Positions 12,959-27,560 of a stretch of 64,000 bases of DNA are shown in pieces (the first letter of the stretch is position 1; each line of letters begins with the position of its first letter). The DNA comes from Basidiobolus meristosporus CBS 931.73 (Eukaryota > Fungi > Basidiobolomycota), in contig MCFE01000380.1 in assembly GCA_002104905.1 (NCBI GenBank), forward strand, positions 20,219 through 84,218, written 5' to 3'. The translations under genes were made by a program, and so were the position numbers. The notes beneath the pieces are model-generated. The model saw only the letters and a program-made list of their open reading frames with translations. It did no database searches and had not been told where the DNA came from.

Positions 12959-14625
12959 CTATTTCTTGGATTTGCTCTTGGAAGAAGTCACCTTCTCTTT
13001 TCTCTTCTTCACCGCCTTGGGGATCTTTGTTTTCCTTTTCTCGCGAGCCTGCTCCTTGGCTGCTTTTTTGCGTTCCTAGCAGTAAAGACGGTTGGTGTTA
13101 GGGGTGGGTTCGTGAGGGGCAGACGAGAGTCGTATATCACAAACCTTCTTCTCGTCTTTGTCTTCGAATCGCTTGCCACGGGGCTGATGATACTCTATTT
13201 CCCGCTCTTCGTCCTCGTCCTCGTCGTCCTCATCATCCTCATCCCCATCCTCATCTTCGTCACTGTCCATTTCGCTATCCTCGCTATCGCCATCGCTTTC
13301 TTCACTTTCGCTGGCGTTGACAAGATCCTCGTTGTCGAAATCCTTCAGACTAAGACCCGTGAGTTTTTGGTAGATGAGCTAAGGACGCAACATTAGACAA
13401 AAAAAACAAAGGGGAAACAAATGAGGAATGTCGTACCGCATCGCCTTCACCCTTTTGAATCTTTTCAACATCACGCTCGATATCAAACACCTCGTCCAGA
13501 TTACGGGGAATGTAGATTTGCTTGAACACTTCCTCGTCGATATCGAACTTATTCATGACCTCTGAGTCATCATGTCTTTCGGTGACCATCTTCTGAATCT
13601 GGATTGCGGTGTGAGTATACAGCAGAGGGAAACAGTGGAAAAGCCGTAAAAAACCTTATCCAATTCGGCCTCGATTTCCTCCTCGGAGGATCCGATGTTG
13701 ACGTCGGTGATGAAGTCGAACAGCTCACGAACGCTCATAACCGAGATCCCTCTCTTGCGGAAATAGTCCGTAACATTGGTACAGTCCATTCTCAAGAACT
13801 CCAAAGCGTGTGGATGGTCGTGCTCCACCGACTGGGAAACGTCGATGATATATAGTGTGCTCTTGTGATACCTAGAATTCCGGTTAGCGACATCCGAGAG
13901 AGCGCTTGGTCCAGCAGTTGAACTTCTTACAAGATGTTATATTCGCTTAAATCACCGTGAACCAGGTGACACACTTGATAAAGCTTGCGCATGTCCTTAA
14001 CCAACTGGTAGTAGAGCTGGGGATATTTCTCATCACTAACGACGGCATCCTTCAGACGAGGGTAGGCCCTATAATACGGCTTAGCTCACATACATCAATA
14101 ATGGTTATTCTGCGCGATCATACCGGCCGTTCTTATCACCCAAAAATCCCATGACCAGCACATGCATCTTTAGCAGGATGGGTTCGGGACAAGGAATGCC
14201 AGCAGAATAAAGTCTTTTGAGATTACGCATCTCCTTTTCGGCCCAGACTTTCACCATCTTACGGGGATTGTGTTTGCTGTAACCGTGTCTGAAACGGAAC
14301 TCTCCAGTGACATATCTGTCACGATCCTTGAAGGTCAAGATGGATGTCTTGTAGATCTTGACCGCTCTGTTCTCCCCATTATCCGTGACCGCGTGATACA
14401 CGTTGGCCTGAAAATCAAATCACAAAGTCAATTTGGGTACTTTGAAAAGAAGGTGGCCTAAGTTACTTCTTTTCCGGTACTGATGCAACCGTGAATCTCG
14501 TAAAACACTCCGCTGTTGAGAAGTTTGAAAAGAATGATACGTGTACGGCGGTCGAGCACTTGCTCGTTGGTGGCGCGATCCGCCTTGTCCGTGCGACGGA
14601 ATTTGTCCTGCTCTATGCCCTCCAT
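12959..14625 (-). CDS. RIO1: atypical kinase Rio1, multi-exon
   Basis: [73 protein letters not shown] and a basic tail. Start uncertain. Confidence 0.9.
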
Positions 14626-14925
14626 CTGTTTCAGAAAATACGTTGGTGTGTCGACGATGACACCTTAACCATGGTGCGGAAAAGAAAAAAAAGAAAAAAG
14701 AAATCTACCACTTGATTAGCTGGTGGATCTGAATTCGATTCGTATTGTGTCGGTTTATTGCAACAAGTAAAATAATATATAGCAGAAATTTACGATCCTC
14801 CCCCCTCAACTGGGATTGAGGGAAATAGGTACAAATGAATATACATAGCTATCCTGACAAATCATAATGTTCTATGGACAATTGATCACTCTATCTGTTG
14901 CAATGTACACTGTCATTCGGCTGGT

Positions 14926-16400
14926 TCAAAAACTGTTGCTACGAGACCAGCTGATAGACTTATTCTTGAGCTTTTGACTAAATGACTTGGTGAACTTGGC
15001 CATTTGCGCTTTACATTCGGTTTTGTGACATTCGTCGTCCATTTCCACGTAGTTTTGAGGCACGCAATGAGGCTTCCCAACGGTGTGCGCAAAGAAACCT
15101 CTATAGCCTCCCTCCAGTACATACAACTCGGGATAGCTTAAATGAGGGTAGTTGACAGCATTCAATTCACGATCTAAGCTGCGCAAATGATGAGCCCTGA
15201 GACGAGATGAATGATTAGCTGGTGAATCGAAGGATTATGTAATCATAGTGACAATACTTACATTCTGGGTGCTCTATGAGAGGAATATTCACAATGGAAA
15301 ACGATGATGGTTCGTTCATTGCTTGCGACCTGGGTATTCTCACGGAAGAAAGTCTCCAATGATTCTTTGGTATTCACATTGATAGCATCCTGTATATGAC
15401 CCCCCTCATATTCGTAAGGGAAGCGACAGTCGACGACAACGAGCTTGTCGAAGGAGCTGTTGTATTTACCGCCCAACACTTCACAAAGCTAAATGTCAAG
15501 TCAATTTTCCGTCCGTTGCTGATGCCAGAATTGGTAGCCACTTACTGTATCAGGAGTGATTCGTTTCAAGGTATCCTTCTTGGTGGTATGGCAGGGAAGG
15601 ATGTGGGATTCACCGTGGACGTCATCGGCCTGGAACTTGGGTGAGCCTCCATAGATAAACTCCTCTTCCAACTCGTACATGCTATGCATCTTGCGGAGCT
15701 TGGGAGGTGGGTGAGCAGCTCTGATGTTGCTCACTTGGCGAACAGGGGATAGGATTTCCTCCTCGATCATTTGGAAAGAGCTGGATCTCTTCAATTGGAA
15801 ATCACAAGGCAAGCCAAACTTGGGCGATGCTTTGGGTGGGCATCTGGGAGGAGCATTAGCAACGTGCGAGGGAAGAGCACAATGATGGGTTGATTTACCT
15901 TGCAAGTGGACTGCAAAACAGGCTCGACATACTGGGTGGTGGCATGTTCATGATCGGGCTAGCCAGCTCCATTCCTGATGACTTGCATTTGAATATGTCA
16001 TCATCATCCATGAACCCATTATTTACACTGCCCGAGACTGGGGTCTCACTTGATCTCAACGAGTCCAATAAGCAACGTCTAGGGGTTTTTGTTATGGGAC
16101 TATTCAATGGGCAAGCAGTATTAATTCACTAGCTCATGTAAACACTTTTGGTGAGAAAAGTAATCACCTCGCCTGCAGAACAAGGTTGGCATTCAGGTCA
16201 ACCGCTAACGACGAGGGTGATGGGACATGGAAATTTCTGATGAATGGAGAACGACGACAAGCCGAGTCAGGAGACAGAAGTCTTTTGCGTGGCAAATTGC
16301 AGGGTGAGGCAATACAGACAGGTGAACTGATAGCTAATGTAAAGTCATGTTTAGTTACGGCTGGCGCGACGCAGTTCAGAAACAGATCTATACCAGGCAT
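14926..16400 (-). CDS. CDC25: M-phase inducer phosphatase Cdc25/Mih1, multi-exon
   Basis: SP-rich N-terminus, VVDCRFPYEYEGGHI, catalytic loop FHCEYSSHRAPRM, and YPELYVLEGGY. Confidence 0.9.
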
Positions 16401-17810
16401 GTTATAAGGTATAGTGGGTGTCGAAAATTTCAACTCAAGCAAGAAAGCTAAAGCGGACCTGAAGGAGGGGAAGGAGAATAGGTTGGGGGAGATTAGTAAG
16501 AAGGGCTGGAACCACGATGCAATGATCGATACGAGCGGGCTTCTGGCTATATATGTATGATTTTTTCACGACTCGCACCAAGAATCGCGGGCGATTGTTC
16601 GGTATTAATGATTTGTATTGATCTCACTTTGTGGCTACAATCCAGCTAGTACTAAGAATGGCGACCCATTTGATTACAGTTGACGCGCATTTCCCTTAAC
16701 CACGCCCTGCTACCCATACTTAATTTGGCCAGATCTTTGGTGATTCGATGGGCGGCATTCGCGACCTCCTTGCGTGGTCAGCAACACCTAACATTTTCCT
16801 CACGCGACCATTTCTCAGCTATGATTCATTCGGTAGGTCTTTATTTACACAATCATATAGATAAATTAAATCCGCACATTACAACACACCGCTCTACCAA
16901 CCTCAAGTCGACTATGCTAGCGACACTTCATGAAATCAGCTACGCGTATTTCCAAAGAGCACAGTTTCTGTAATAAAAAGCCAGTATCTCTCATTGGCCT
17001 ATAATGTTTATATTTTCGATTGTACCATCGATGATTGGATAATTTGGACTGATTTGTTAATATTAACAGATTACAGAGTAGAAGTATAACATGCTCCGAT
17101 CTCCAATAAATTCGAGTGGAATGTTTACCAAACGATTAAGGGCCGCCTGAATACTTGCTAGATACTTAATTATTAAAACAGGATTGGACTTGTGTGACTT
17201 GGATGATAATTTGTCTACGCGCTGGTAATAGTGACCAGTAGCTCCCACCATTGTATCATCGTTGGGCAGGTTCCAGAAATACTCGTCATTCAGTAACGCT
17301 CATGATGGCATGCTCATGGTGGATATTTCGAGCAGGTAGAGACACTCGATTTAAACTTTGTTGGAGGGCTGAGAACGCTATGAAATGTTCATGAGAACAT
17401 AGCTTGGATCATATTTACGCAGCTAGTGCCAAAGCTACTAATACATCCCAATAGAAATCGAAGAGTGCATCATATCCGGTTATTTCCTAAATAGTTGGCT
17501 GAAGATTGGCTTTCCCTAGAAAGCTATTCAAAATGTTCTATTGTACACGCATATCTTCCAAAATCGACCCCGTATCTTCTTTAATAAGGAATCCGGGTTC
17601 TGCTTTCTGCTTTAACCAACTGTTTAACCATCTATCATCCAGTCCAAATAAGTATCTGGTTGTAGTATTTATATAATCATTGTAGAGACGAATAACTACG
17701 AGCTTTGTGTTGTTGCCATATCACCGCCGCCACTGCTAACGAAATCAACTTTCGTACATGACTCACTATAGTATATTTTATGCTTTCAAATCTCTAGACA
17801 ACTCTTGTTG

Positions 17811-18880
<1,070 letters not shown>

Positions 18881-19136
18881 GGTGTGTGGGAAGTCAAGAA
18901 ACACTAGCGAAGTGGGGAATATTTTTTCATCATATGAATTATCACGACGCGCAGTTGCCCATCTAACCCACCGTTAAATCCGATGTCGATTAAACTTGAG
19001 GTTTGCTGAGATGGGAATTTTTTTTCTCGAATATATATGCAGCGAAATGAAAATCAACCAATATTATTAAAATGATTCTTGACACCGCCTTTTTCCGTCT
19101 TGTGAATTGAGCTGGTGGTTGAAATTATTCTAAACG

Positions 19137-19707
19137 ATGGAGATAGTTCAAACCCGTTCCGCCCTGTTGAGTAACTACGAAGTGTTTTCCTTGCTGAAGG
19201 AACAGGAGAATGAGCGTAAGCAGCAGGTGCAGCACAAGCACCCCGAAAATCTACTCACCATCGAATTTGAGGTTAGTCTTCAACACAACCTGCCCCTTTC
19301 CTTCTGCATCCACCGGATTCAATTCCTTCCTTTCGCTGACCCTAAATTCTTAGGTTGTCCAGTTCTTAGAGGGAACTCCGAGCGGTACACAGACACCGGA
19401 GCAACTCGCAGACTTTCTGGAATCCATCAAGGATTTCGGGTTGACAAAAGCCGAGAAACTGCAGATCCTTAATCTACGACCACGCTCAGCCGTAGAGATC
19501 CATTTGGTAAAACAACTTTCGACTCGGTCAACTGGCAATACTGCGATCCTCTAACCCCACTTTTATGTTCAGTTGATTGAGGAATGCGAAGAACGGTTCT
19601 CGCAAGAACGTTTGGAGGAGCTGATCAACCTGGTCGCAGAAAAGCTTCCGCGTGATGATGATGAAGAAGTTGAGGCCGATGAAAACTCCGATCAGATGGA
19701 GGAGTAG
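19137..19707 (+). CDS. RPC17: RNA polymerase III subunit Rpc17/RPC9 (CRCP), 3 exons
   Basis: LLSNYEVFSLL, LTKAEKLQILNLRPRSAVEIHL and LIEECEERF. Confidence 0.9.
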
Positions 19708-19869
19708 TGCACTGGAAATTCTTTGCCTCTACCAGTGAAAATCCCGTATAGATCACCAACATGTACACCTCTAATCAAATAAATATCTCTACTATTGGTT
19801 TGGACAAAGTAACGATTTATTGTTCGATACATGGAATTACGATGTACCAACGGATAAGTGATGATGAGC

Positions 19870-20495
19870 TTATTCGTCTTGAACAATGTGGGTCTTCTCA
19901 GAAACGTAGATACCATCCAAGAACTTACGGATATCCTTGTTCTTGGCAAGGGTGGATTGTTGGATGCTGGCAGCGGATTGAGAGACGTTGTCAATGGAGT
20001 TTCCAGAGAGAATGATCTCATCCTTTTGGGCATCGGAGTGCTTGATGGTGACTCCCTCCAACATGTTGACACGACGGATAACCTTCTCACCCAAGAAGTT
20101 ACGAATCTCAACGACCTTACCATCGTCAGAAATGTTGACGTTGATGGGGAAATGGGCATATACGAAGCGCATCTTGTAAAGGAAACCCTGATAGCTGGGC
20201 GTTAGTTGATGGTGTTGAAGGACCACTTGTTTGCTGTATTTACCTTGGTAACACCGGTGATCATGTTCTCGATGTGAGAAGCAATGGTACGAAGGCAAGC
20301 AACATGCTTACGGGCACCGTGCCAGACAACAAGTCTAACCTTGTTCTGGGAGATCTTCTTGATCTCCATTTCGACGTGACCAAAGTTCTTGGTAAGAGTA
20401 CCACGAGGTCCCTTGACACGAACCAATCTAGACTTCACATCAACAGTAACTCCCTCGGGGATGGTGATTTCTTCCTCCTTGTAGATGTCTTTCAT
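19870..20495 (-). CDS. RPL9: 60S ribosomal protein L9 (uL6), one coding intron
   Basis: [36 protein letters not shown] and [15 protein letters not shown]. Confidence 0.96.
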
Positions 20496-20931
20496 CTTGA
20501 ACTGCTATCCCTGATAAAAACGCACGGTCAGTCAACGTTTCAAAGTAAAGACGCTTCGCAAATGGCTGGATGGCTCATTTCGTTAAGCAGATACTAACCA
20601 CACGGTAAGGGAAATGGGTGAACGGATGAGATTGGAAAAAAGAGGAAGAATAGTTCTTCAAGTCAGCCCCATTTGTATCGGTTCTCTGAGCCAACCAATC
20701 AATCCATGCAAAAAAAATTTCCTCGATCCAACGTTGACAATTTCTGGTCGCTGTGGTGCTTTTGCCACAGTCCAGGATTTGCTCAGATTCGATGGATAGG
20801 GTCAGCAAACACAAACAATCGAGATGAAAGCTTCGGAACACATAGCGATGTTAGGTTTATTGCACAACAGGTGGAAATGAACGGACCATTGATCGTAATA
20901 AACAATGAAGGGCCATGATGCTCTTCTATGC

Positions 20932-21678
20932 TTAGAAAATCTTGGCCTTCTTCTTGGCATCAGCCTTGCTGGTGGCATTCCAGTAGTAAACCATTTGCAA
21001 GGCAAGAATTCCATTAACGATGGAGCTGAGCAAGAAACCGGCCAACATGATGTTGTCGTCCACCTCTTGGAGGGTGGTGAAGACTCTGGCGGCTGCTCCA
21101 GCGAAGTAATTGAAAATGGTAAATGCTGATAATTGTCCAGTATTTCCATTTTTGTAGTTGGACAAAATCTGTGGGATACGGCTCATAAGTACGATGGGTA
21201 CATTGGCAGCGTAGAGGATCGATATCTGACTCTCGCTAACTAGCGAGGGATCGTACAAGGCATAAAAGGCGACGGCACAAGTAACAACGGCCAAAACAGA
21301 GCCCATGGTTTGTCTGCCATAAAAGAGAATCAGCGCCAAAATGATGATGTCTTGAATGGTGATGAAGAAGCTTTCTCCAAAGGTACTAAAAGGATTGCCG
21401 GCTCTCAAATTGTATGCTAGGGTAACCAGATAAGCGAATGTTTCCAAGATATACGAAGATAAGCTTAAGCCTCGCGCAGAGCGGCCCTGAACGATCTTGA
21501 GAATTTGAGGCACCTTGACGATGGAGCCTCCGGCAACAATGCCAAAGCCAAGTCCTTTAGAAATGGCGTATTTCAAACAAGGAACATCGGTGATGTTTAG
21601 GTTCTCCACTAATTCAACATAGCACTTGTCACCTAAAATGGCGACAGCTGGCGTTTTCAAGATTCCAGGAAGTTGCAT
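20932..21678 (-). CDS. MPDU1: mannose-P-dolichol utilization defect 1 (PQ-loop protein), intronless
   Basis: SKGLGFGIVAGGSIVKVPQILKI, FSTFGESFF, and SRIPQILSNYKNGNTGQLS. Confidence 0.92.
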   Translation of the reverse strand: MQLPGILKTPAVAILGDKCYVELVENLNITDVPCLKYAISKGLGFGIVAGGSIVKVPQILKIVQGRSARGLSLSSYILETFAYLVTLAYNLRAGNPFSTFGESFFITIQDIIILALILFYGRQTMGSVLAVVTCAVAFYALYDPSLVSESQISILYAANVPIVLMSRIPQILSNYKNGNTGQLSAFTIFNYFAGAAARVFTTLQEVDDNIMLAGFLLSSIVNGILALQMVYYWNATSKADAKKKAKIF

Positions 21679-21994
21679 TTGAAAATGGTTGGGTGATACA
21701 CTTGCCAAAGGACTATATGCGTTTACTTTTAAGATGCAGCGTCTGTATCTCACGTGACCTCCATGATACGTCTAATCCGGTAAGTTATTGGAATTGGCAG
21801 GCGTGCTCGAAGTAAAAACAATAGTTACCAAGTAGGGTTGGTGGCTACGAGCCAATCGCGTACCTATGAACGACCGTATTACATGGATACCGCTAATTGG
21901 CTCGCAGTATATTTAGCACTAAGGTTGGTGTGGGCTTTGGATGACACTATAATATAACATTTATTCAATTAAACAACTATACAAAAAGGGGCAT

Positions 21995-24900
21995 TCAAGA
22001 CTCTAGCTCGGTGGTGCTTCGTTCACGATATTCGCGTAAGATTTGATCGTCGGGCTTGGTCAGTCTCCATTTTGGCAATTCGTACTTGCGTCTTTTTGGT
22101 GTTTGTCCAGTGGAAATATCCATCTTGATCTTCTCATTCACCAAGCAGTTGATATCACGCTTCGATGCCATCAGTTGCTCGAACGCTGAACTGTAGAACG
22201 AGTTCAGCATGTCTTTGTTTTCGGTAAATAGTGCAGTCCGTTCATTCTCATGCTTCGACAAATCGTTCTGCAGATCTTTGAAGGCGGATTTCGAGGCCTG
22301 TAGGTCTTCGGATATCAGAGCGGAGAGCTTGGATAACGCTTCCTTGTTGTCCTTGATATATTGCTGGGATACAGCCAGGGACTCGGCGTTGGATTCACTT
22401 AGCTCGTCCAAGTTTTTACTGACCGAGGTATTCAGCTCTTCCACGTGAGTGTTCAAAGTCGATTGCACATGGGTGGATGCCACATCGAGGTTTTGGCTGT
22501 GTTGCTCAATCGATTCGGACATGGCCCGTAGCTCCTCAGTAGCCTTGGTGGAGGATTCGTTCAACGATTGAATGAATGTTTCAATCTCCTCACCAGCTTG
22601 TTTCGTAGTGGCCTCGAAGTTTGATCCAAAGGTTTGCATGGTGCTGGCATTGGTGGAATTGGTGGTCACCACGGAGTCAACCAAGTGTTGGAAGCCTTCA
22701 ACATGCTCTTCAGAAAACCCTTCGATCAGTGATGAAATGCCTTGAATCAAAGAATCTTGATCCGCTTCCGAGTTGACTCTATCAGCCTCCAAGAGCTCAG
22801 AAAGTTGAACGATCTGCAGTTTCAACTGAGAGATTTCTTCGGTGGCAGCAGCATCCACTGTCTCCATAAAATCGTGGATATACTCTTGCTGTGCCACAAG
22901 ATGGGATTTGGTTGAGGTCAGGATTGATTCCACACCGCCTTCGATATCGTGATAAACATCTAGTATTTGAGTCTTCTGCTTTCCTAGCTCACTCTTAATA
23001 TCATCGAAGAGCTGGCCAGAGGTTTGCCGAAATTCTTCGGTGAATTGCTGGGCGAATTTCTGCATTTCGAGTCGAAGGGCATCAAACTCGCCGTGTCGAG
23101 TTTCTACAGTAGTTTGGTGTGCTTTGGCATGCTCATCGATCGCTTGAGAGTTCTCATTGAGTTGTTGGAGAGTACTGTCAGCCAGTTGCAATTTGTTTTG
23201 AAGACTTTCAATTCTTTGTTTTACAAAATTATCCATCTTCTGAACACAGCCATCAACGAACTCAATCTGTGCTTGAGCAAACTGGGTGATGTCTGAATTA
23301 AGCTTGTCAGCTTGGGAGGTAAGATCCTCTTGGAAAGTCTGGAGGAGTTGACGATTTTCAGACTCTACCCCATCTTTTCTCTCGATCTTCGCATGGAGAT
23401 TGTGAATATCTTCTATGCTACCTTCCAGAACGGACAAAAGTTCAGAGGCTGTTTTGTTGAGTTTCTCCTCCGTCTCGGCGTGAGCACGGGTCAAAACAAC
23501 TTGCTCGGCAAGAGAGACCTTGGTATCCTCTAGTGTCCTAGAGGTGTTTGCCAAGCTCTTTGAAGTGAAGTTAAGCTGCTCTTCGGTGTTGGCTAATCTG
23601 GTCTTGGTTTCGGCCAAAATGTTCATCTTCTGCTGGAACTCTTGGGTCAGGCTGGCCAATTGCTCCTGAATGGATTCGGCATGTTTGTTAAGCTCCACGA
23701 TTTGGTCTGCTCTGCTTTGGTTTTCATCCAATAGTGATTGGTAGCCGTCCATGGGCAAGTAAACCCCCTCCTTCTCTCTAGCTGCCATGAGTTCACTCTT
23801 GAGACGTTCAATTTCAGTGATATACTCTTTGATCAAGGCTTTTTTGCTCATCCTCTGGTTGGCCTGGGGCTTATTTTTGATGTTTTTGGCTTTGTTGGCA
23901 TATTCGAGGGTGCTGAGGGTCTCGTCAATATTGGACTTGGCTGGAGAGATAGTGGCGATGATACAAGTCTTTGTACGTCCACCAAGAGAGTCTTGCAGCA
24001 AACGAGTCAATTTACTCTCGCGGTAAGGAATATGTGGAGAGCGCTCGACTAGAGAGTTGATCACTCTACCCAGTGTCAGCAAACTTTGGTTGATCATTCC
24101 GGCTTCTCTAGCTCTTTTGTTCTCAGCACCTGAACGGCCGATGTTTTCCGAACCTGCCAAATCAACAAGGTTGAGCTTTCCGACAGTAAGCAAATCTTCC
24201 CCGCCGAGTACTGATTGCTTTCTGTGTACTGTAATGGTAAACACACTATGAGAACGACTGGATTTGTCGTTGTCGTTGGTTGCAGCGATCTTTCGTCGCA
24301 AGGAGCCGCGCTGCAGCAGGCTGATACCCTCCATAGCATTGTTTGCATGTATTTCTTCAAGGCCTTGGATGACTACGGTTCCTTTCTTGGAAGAATCCTC
24401 AAAAATGCGTAACTTTTTGCTGTCGTCGTCGGGACCAAGAAGGTCCTTCAGCTCTTCGTTGTATAGTTCCACAAACGATAAGCGAACAGAGAATTCAGCC
24501 TTCTCCTTTTCAAGTCTGTCGAAGAGGTTAAAAAGGGTACGAGGAATAATACCAGCTTCCTCAGTAAATGTTTGATTGACTTCATCCATATTTCCCTCCA
24601 TGGTATAGGTTTTACCGGTTCCGGTCTGTCCGTATGCAAAGATTGTACAGTTGTATCCATTCAAAACTTCCCCGAGAAATGGTTCTACGATTGAGTTGTA
24701 TAAGAGGCTTTGATCAGCCTCTGGCCCAAATGTACGGTCAAAGGCGTAGGGTCTAGAGTTTTTGTCTCCAGAGCCAATCTTCACTAGTATATCTTTGCCA
24801 GAGACGTTGACTACAAGAGGGGAGTTGTCACGTAGCTCTATCTCGTTGCGACCTCTGCGAGAAATATGAGTTAGGCTTATGGTGGGTATAGAAGTTGCTG

Positions 24901-25041
24901 CGCACATCCTTACCTGCAACGAACAACAACTTGAACGTTGCTTTCTTTGTCAGCTTGGTCTGCTTTCCGTCTCAATTCTCCCGGACGGCGACTGTGCCCT
25001 ACGTTCGTATCTACAGAGTTTGGGGTTTCAGGTCGAGACAT
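21995..25041 (-). CDS. bimC: kinesin-5 (BimC/Cut7/Eg5 family) spindle motor
   Basis: NVQVVVRCR, GYNCTIFAYGQTGTGKTYTM, SSRSHS, LVDLAGSENIGRSG, long coiled coil and BimC box (STGQTPKRR). Confidence 0.94.
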
Positions 25042-26056
25042 TTTGGTTAAAGCTATATGAAGGTAGTGATAGGAACGAAGGAAGGCACGAAAAAAAGAGA
25101 AGGGTGAGTATTGAACAGGAAAGAAAGAACCTAACGAATAAGTATGTCTGTTTCTATAGTGATAACTAGACTTGAACACGAGCTACTCGAGAAAAATACA
25201 GTGTAGTGAATGGGGTCTCCAAAGCTCAGGTATTTTTTAACCAACAATCGATGTCAACAATCACAAATCTGAACCAATCAAATCGTGAGTAGAAAAATGT
25301 AAATACATACATTCAATTCGTAAACAAAACAAAGATACGCTGGTCACTTTTCTTACTAAATCGGATGTTTTTCATACATCAACTTTACCTTCAAGTTTGG
25401 TGAGCATCATCGAGACTACCAATATTCAATGATGCCTACATGACTTACAAGCATGCCATCCCTTGGAATATACACCGTCAATTACTAAGCTGTTTTCAAC
25501 TGAAAGTGGAAGCAGCGCTGGCTTTGCCCTAACAAGCCCAAATCATCTAATTTACGCATAAGTTATTTCTTAGATGTGTCGCAAAAAGAATCGTATACGA
25601 CTTATCATTGCATCATTAGGTCCAAATTGATTGAGTATCGATGTATATCGCTAAGTATAGTAGTTGTCACCCCTACTTTCTTAGATCTTCTATAATGCAC
25701 CCTATTACCTCCACCAAGTCCAATCTATGGTGTAGTTGGAATATCTGAATGAATGGCTCATGCACCTTCTACCTTTCATTTTTATTACTTTGATGTCTTG
25801 CCGATGTGGAAAACAACAAATTTCACATCAATGCCAATTCTGCAGTGAGCCTCATGTTCTAGAATTTGGGTAACACAAAGTTGTGCTCACCATGGCCCAA
25901 GGCCTTGTTTGAGTTTTACTTGCCATTTACTTGATCCTACAGTAAATCAATTTCACATTACTGAAAGTGTTGTGAATTTTATAATTACACCTAAATATTC
26001 CATTGACTCATAAAATTTTGAATGATGGGTGCTATACGCTTATATGTTGTCCTAAT

Positions 26057-26381
26057 TGTTGTAAATAAAGAACTTACCCCTAAACCATCTATATGCCTTA
26101 AAATTCTATTTAGCTTACTAATAAACTATGATCTACTTACTTGAAACTTGATTTGTAAGATATCAGCTAATTCTTAGAATTAGTGAAGGCCTGGAAGATA
26201 TCAAAATTTTCAAACCCATTCAAAAGCTCCAACAATCTGCACCAGACTTCCAGGGGCCTACTTATTTACAAAGTTCTACTAATAGTATAATACCTCTTTT
26301 ACCTCTAATGAATCGTACTAAGTACCACAGAATGCACTTGTTCTTCCAATCACTTCCAGTATCTCCAAGACCCTGACAGCA
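26057..26381 (+). mobile_element. degenerate solo LTR of the copia family found in the subtelomere
   Basis: Starts TGTTGTAA. Ends CACTTGTTCTTCCAATCACTTCCAGTATCTCCAAGACCCTGACAGCA, which aligns with the LTR 3' end at 60062-60109. No PBS follows and the flanks match only 3/5. Confidence 0.7.
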
Positions 26382-27560
26382 GAAATTAAGTGCAAATTCT
26401 GAAAGCAATTCTCATTAGTTTGTGGGAATCCTTGAAGTTGTGAGTCCTCCGCGTGTCACTGAATATTCATAGTGTTTCTATCACATATCCCATTATCTGC
26501 ATCAAGTCATCAGGTTTTCTACTTGATTCAACTTAGAGTATCCCAAATTTTGATTTCTCATTCCCCATTGATATTCCTCCAGCTTTGGAAATACCTCTAC
26601 TACTCAAGGCCTCGGGAAACATGCGAAAGGACTGACCACAGAATCATGTTGACCAATGTAGTGAAGTTCAGGATTGATTTGGGTAGCAGTCATCCATCAC
26701 CAGGATCAGCTGCCTGTAATTTGGAGGTGAGATGACGACCACCTGAGTTGCTGCTATTCTGGTGGCAACCTCTCGCGCAGAATGACGGGAAGGATATTGG
26801 CTCACGTATGCCACTAAAATACTCAATGGCATAAACAAAACACCATTGTTTACGTGATTGAAATCACCAGCCATGATCACTAGCCAACTACGCTCGATGA
26901 AAACCGATGCACGTACATTCAGGTGGAGAGGTAGAGGTTCGACTATAATTGGTAAGCGGTCATGGCACAACGATGCTTTGGTTTGCCAGTGCAGTGAATG
27001 GAATTATCAGGCGGTTGATCATGATATGTTGGGCAATGCTTCTTACAAATCGAGAGTCCCAACACACAACTGAGAAGTAAATGGGACCCTTTCTGCCAGC
27101 ATGGACCGTATCCGCCGACGGCATTTCATAGCTTTATATATCACCTCTCAAACCACAGCTAAATACCCGCAATGTGTAACGGAAATAGCGGTGAAATCCC
27201 CCCAGACTACTACTAAACAGTAATCTCTAGTAGGCCTATGGTACGAATATCAGAAGAACTGTACCATGGGAACGGCCTTTCCTTGCACTTGTATATCCAA
27301 TTAGTTGTACAAGCACATGAAAAATGTGGTTGTCTCACCATTTGGTTGACCTCCAAATGGATGATTTCACGTGAATCATCGAGTCATATGCCTTGTGAAG
27401 TTCAGCAAATGTATAATCGAAATGCTAATCAAAATATGACGAAAATCGTGTGAACTGTGGTACATTAGGTCTATGACTGCCATAGCCAAGGAACAAAGAC
27501 AAGATCCGAGTATGAAGTGCAGGCAGAATCATTAAGGTTAAAGATAATTGGTGAACTGAC

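Noticed and set aside
17063-17719. Possible small spliced gene downstream of BUD32 (MATTQS/SYLFGLDDRW..., LLNDEYFWNLP...)
   Set aside because: I could not assemble a stop-free exon chain with plausible splice sites, and there is no recognisable domain.
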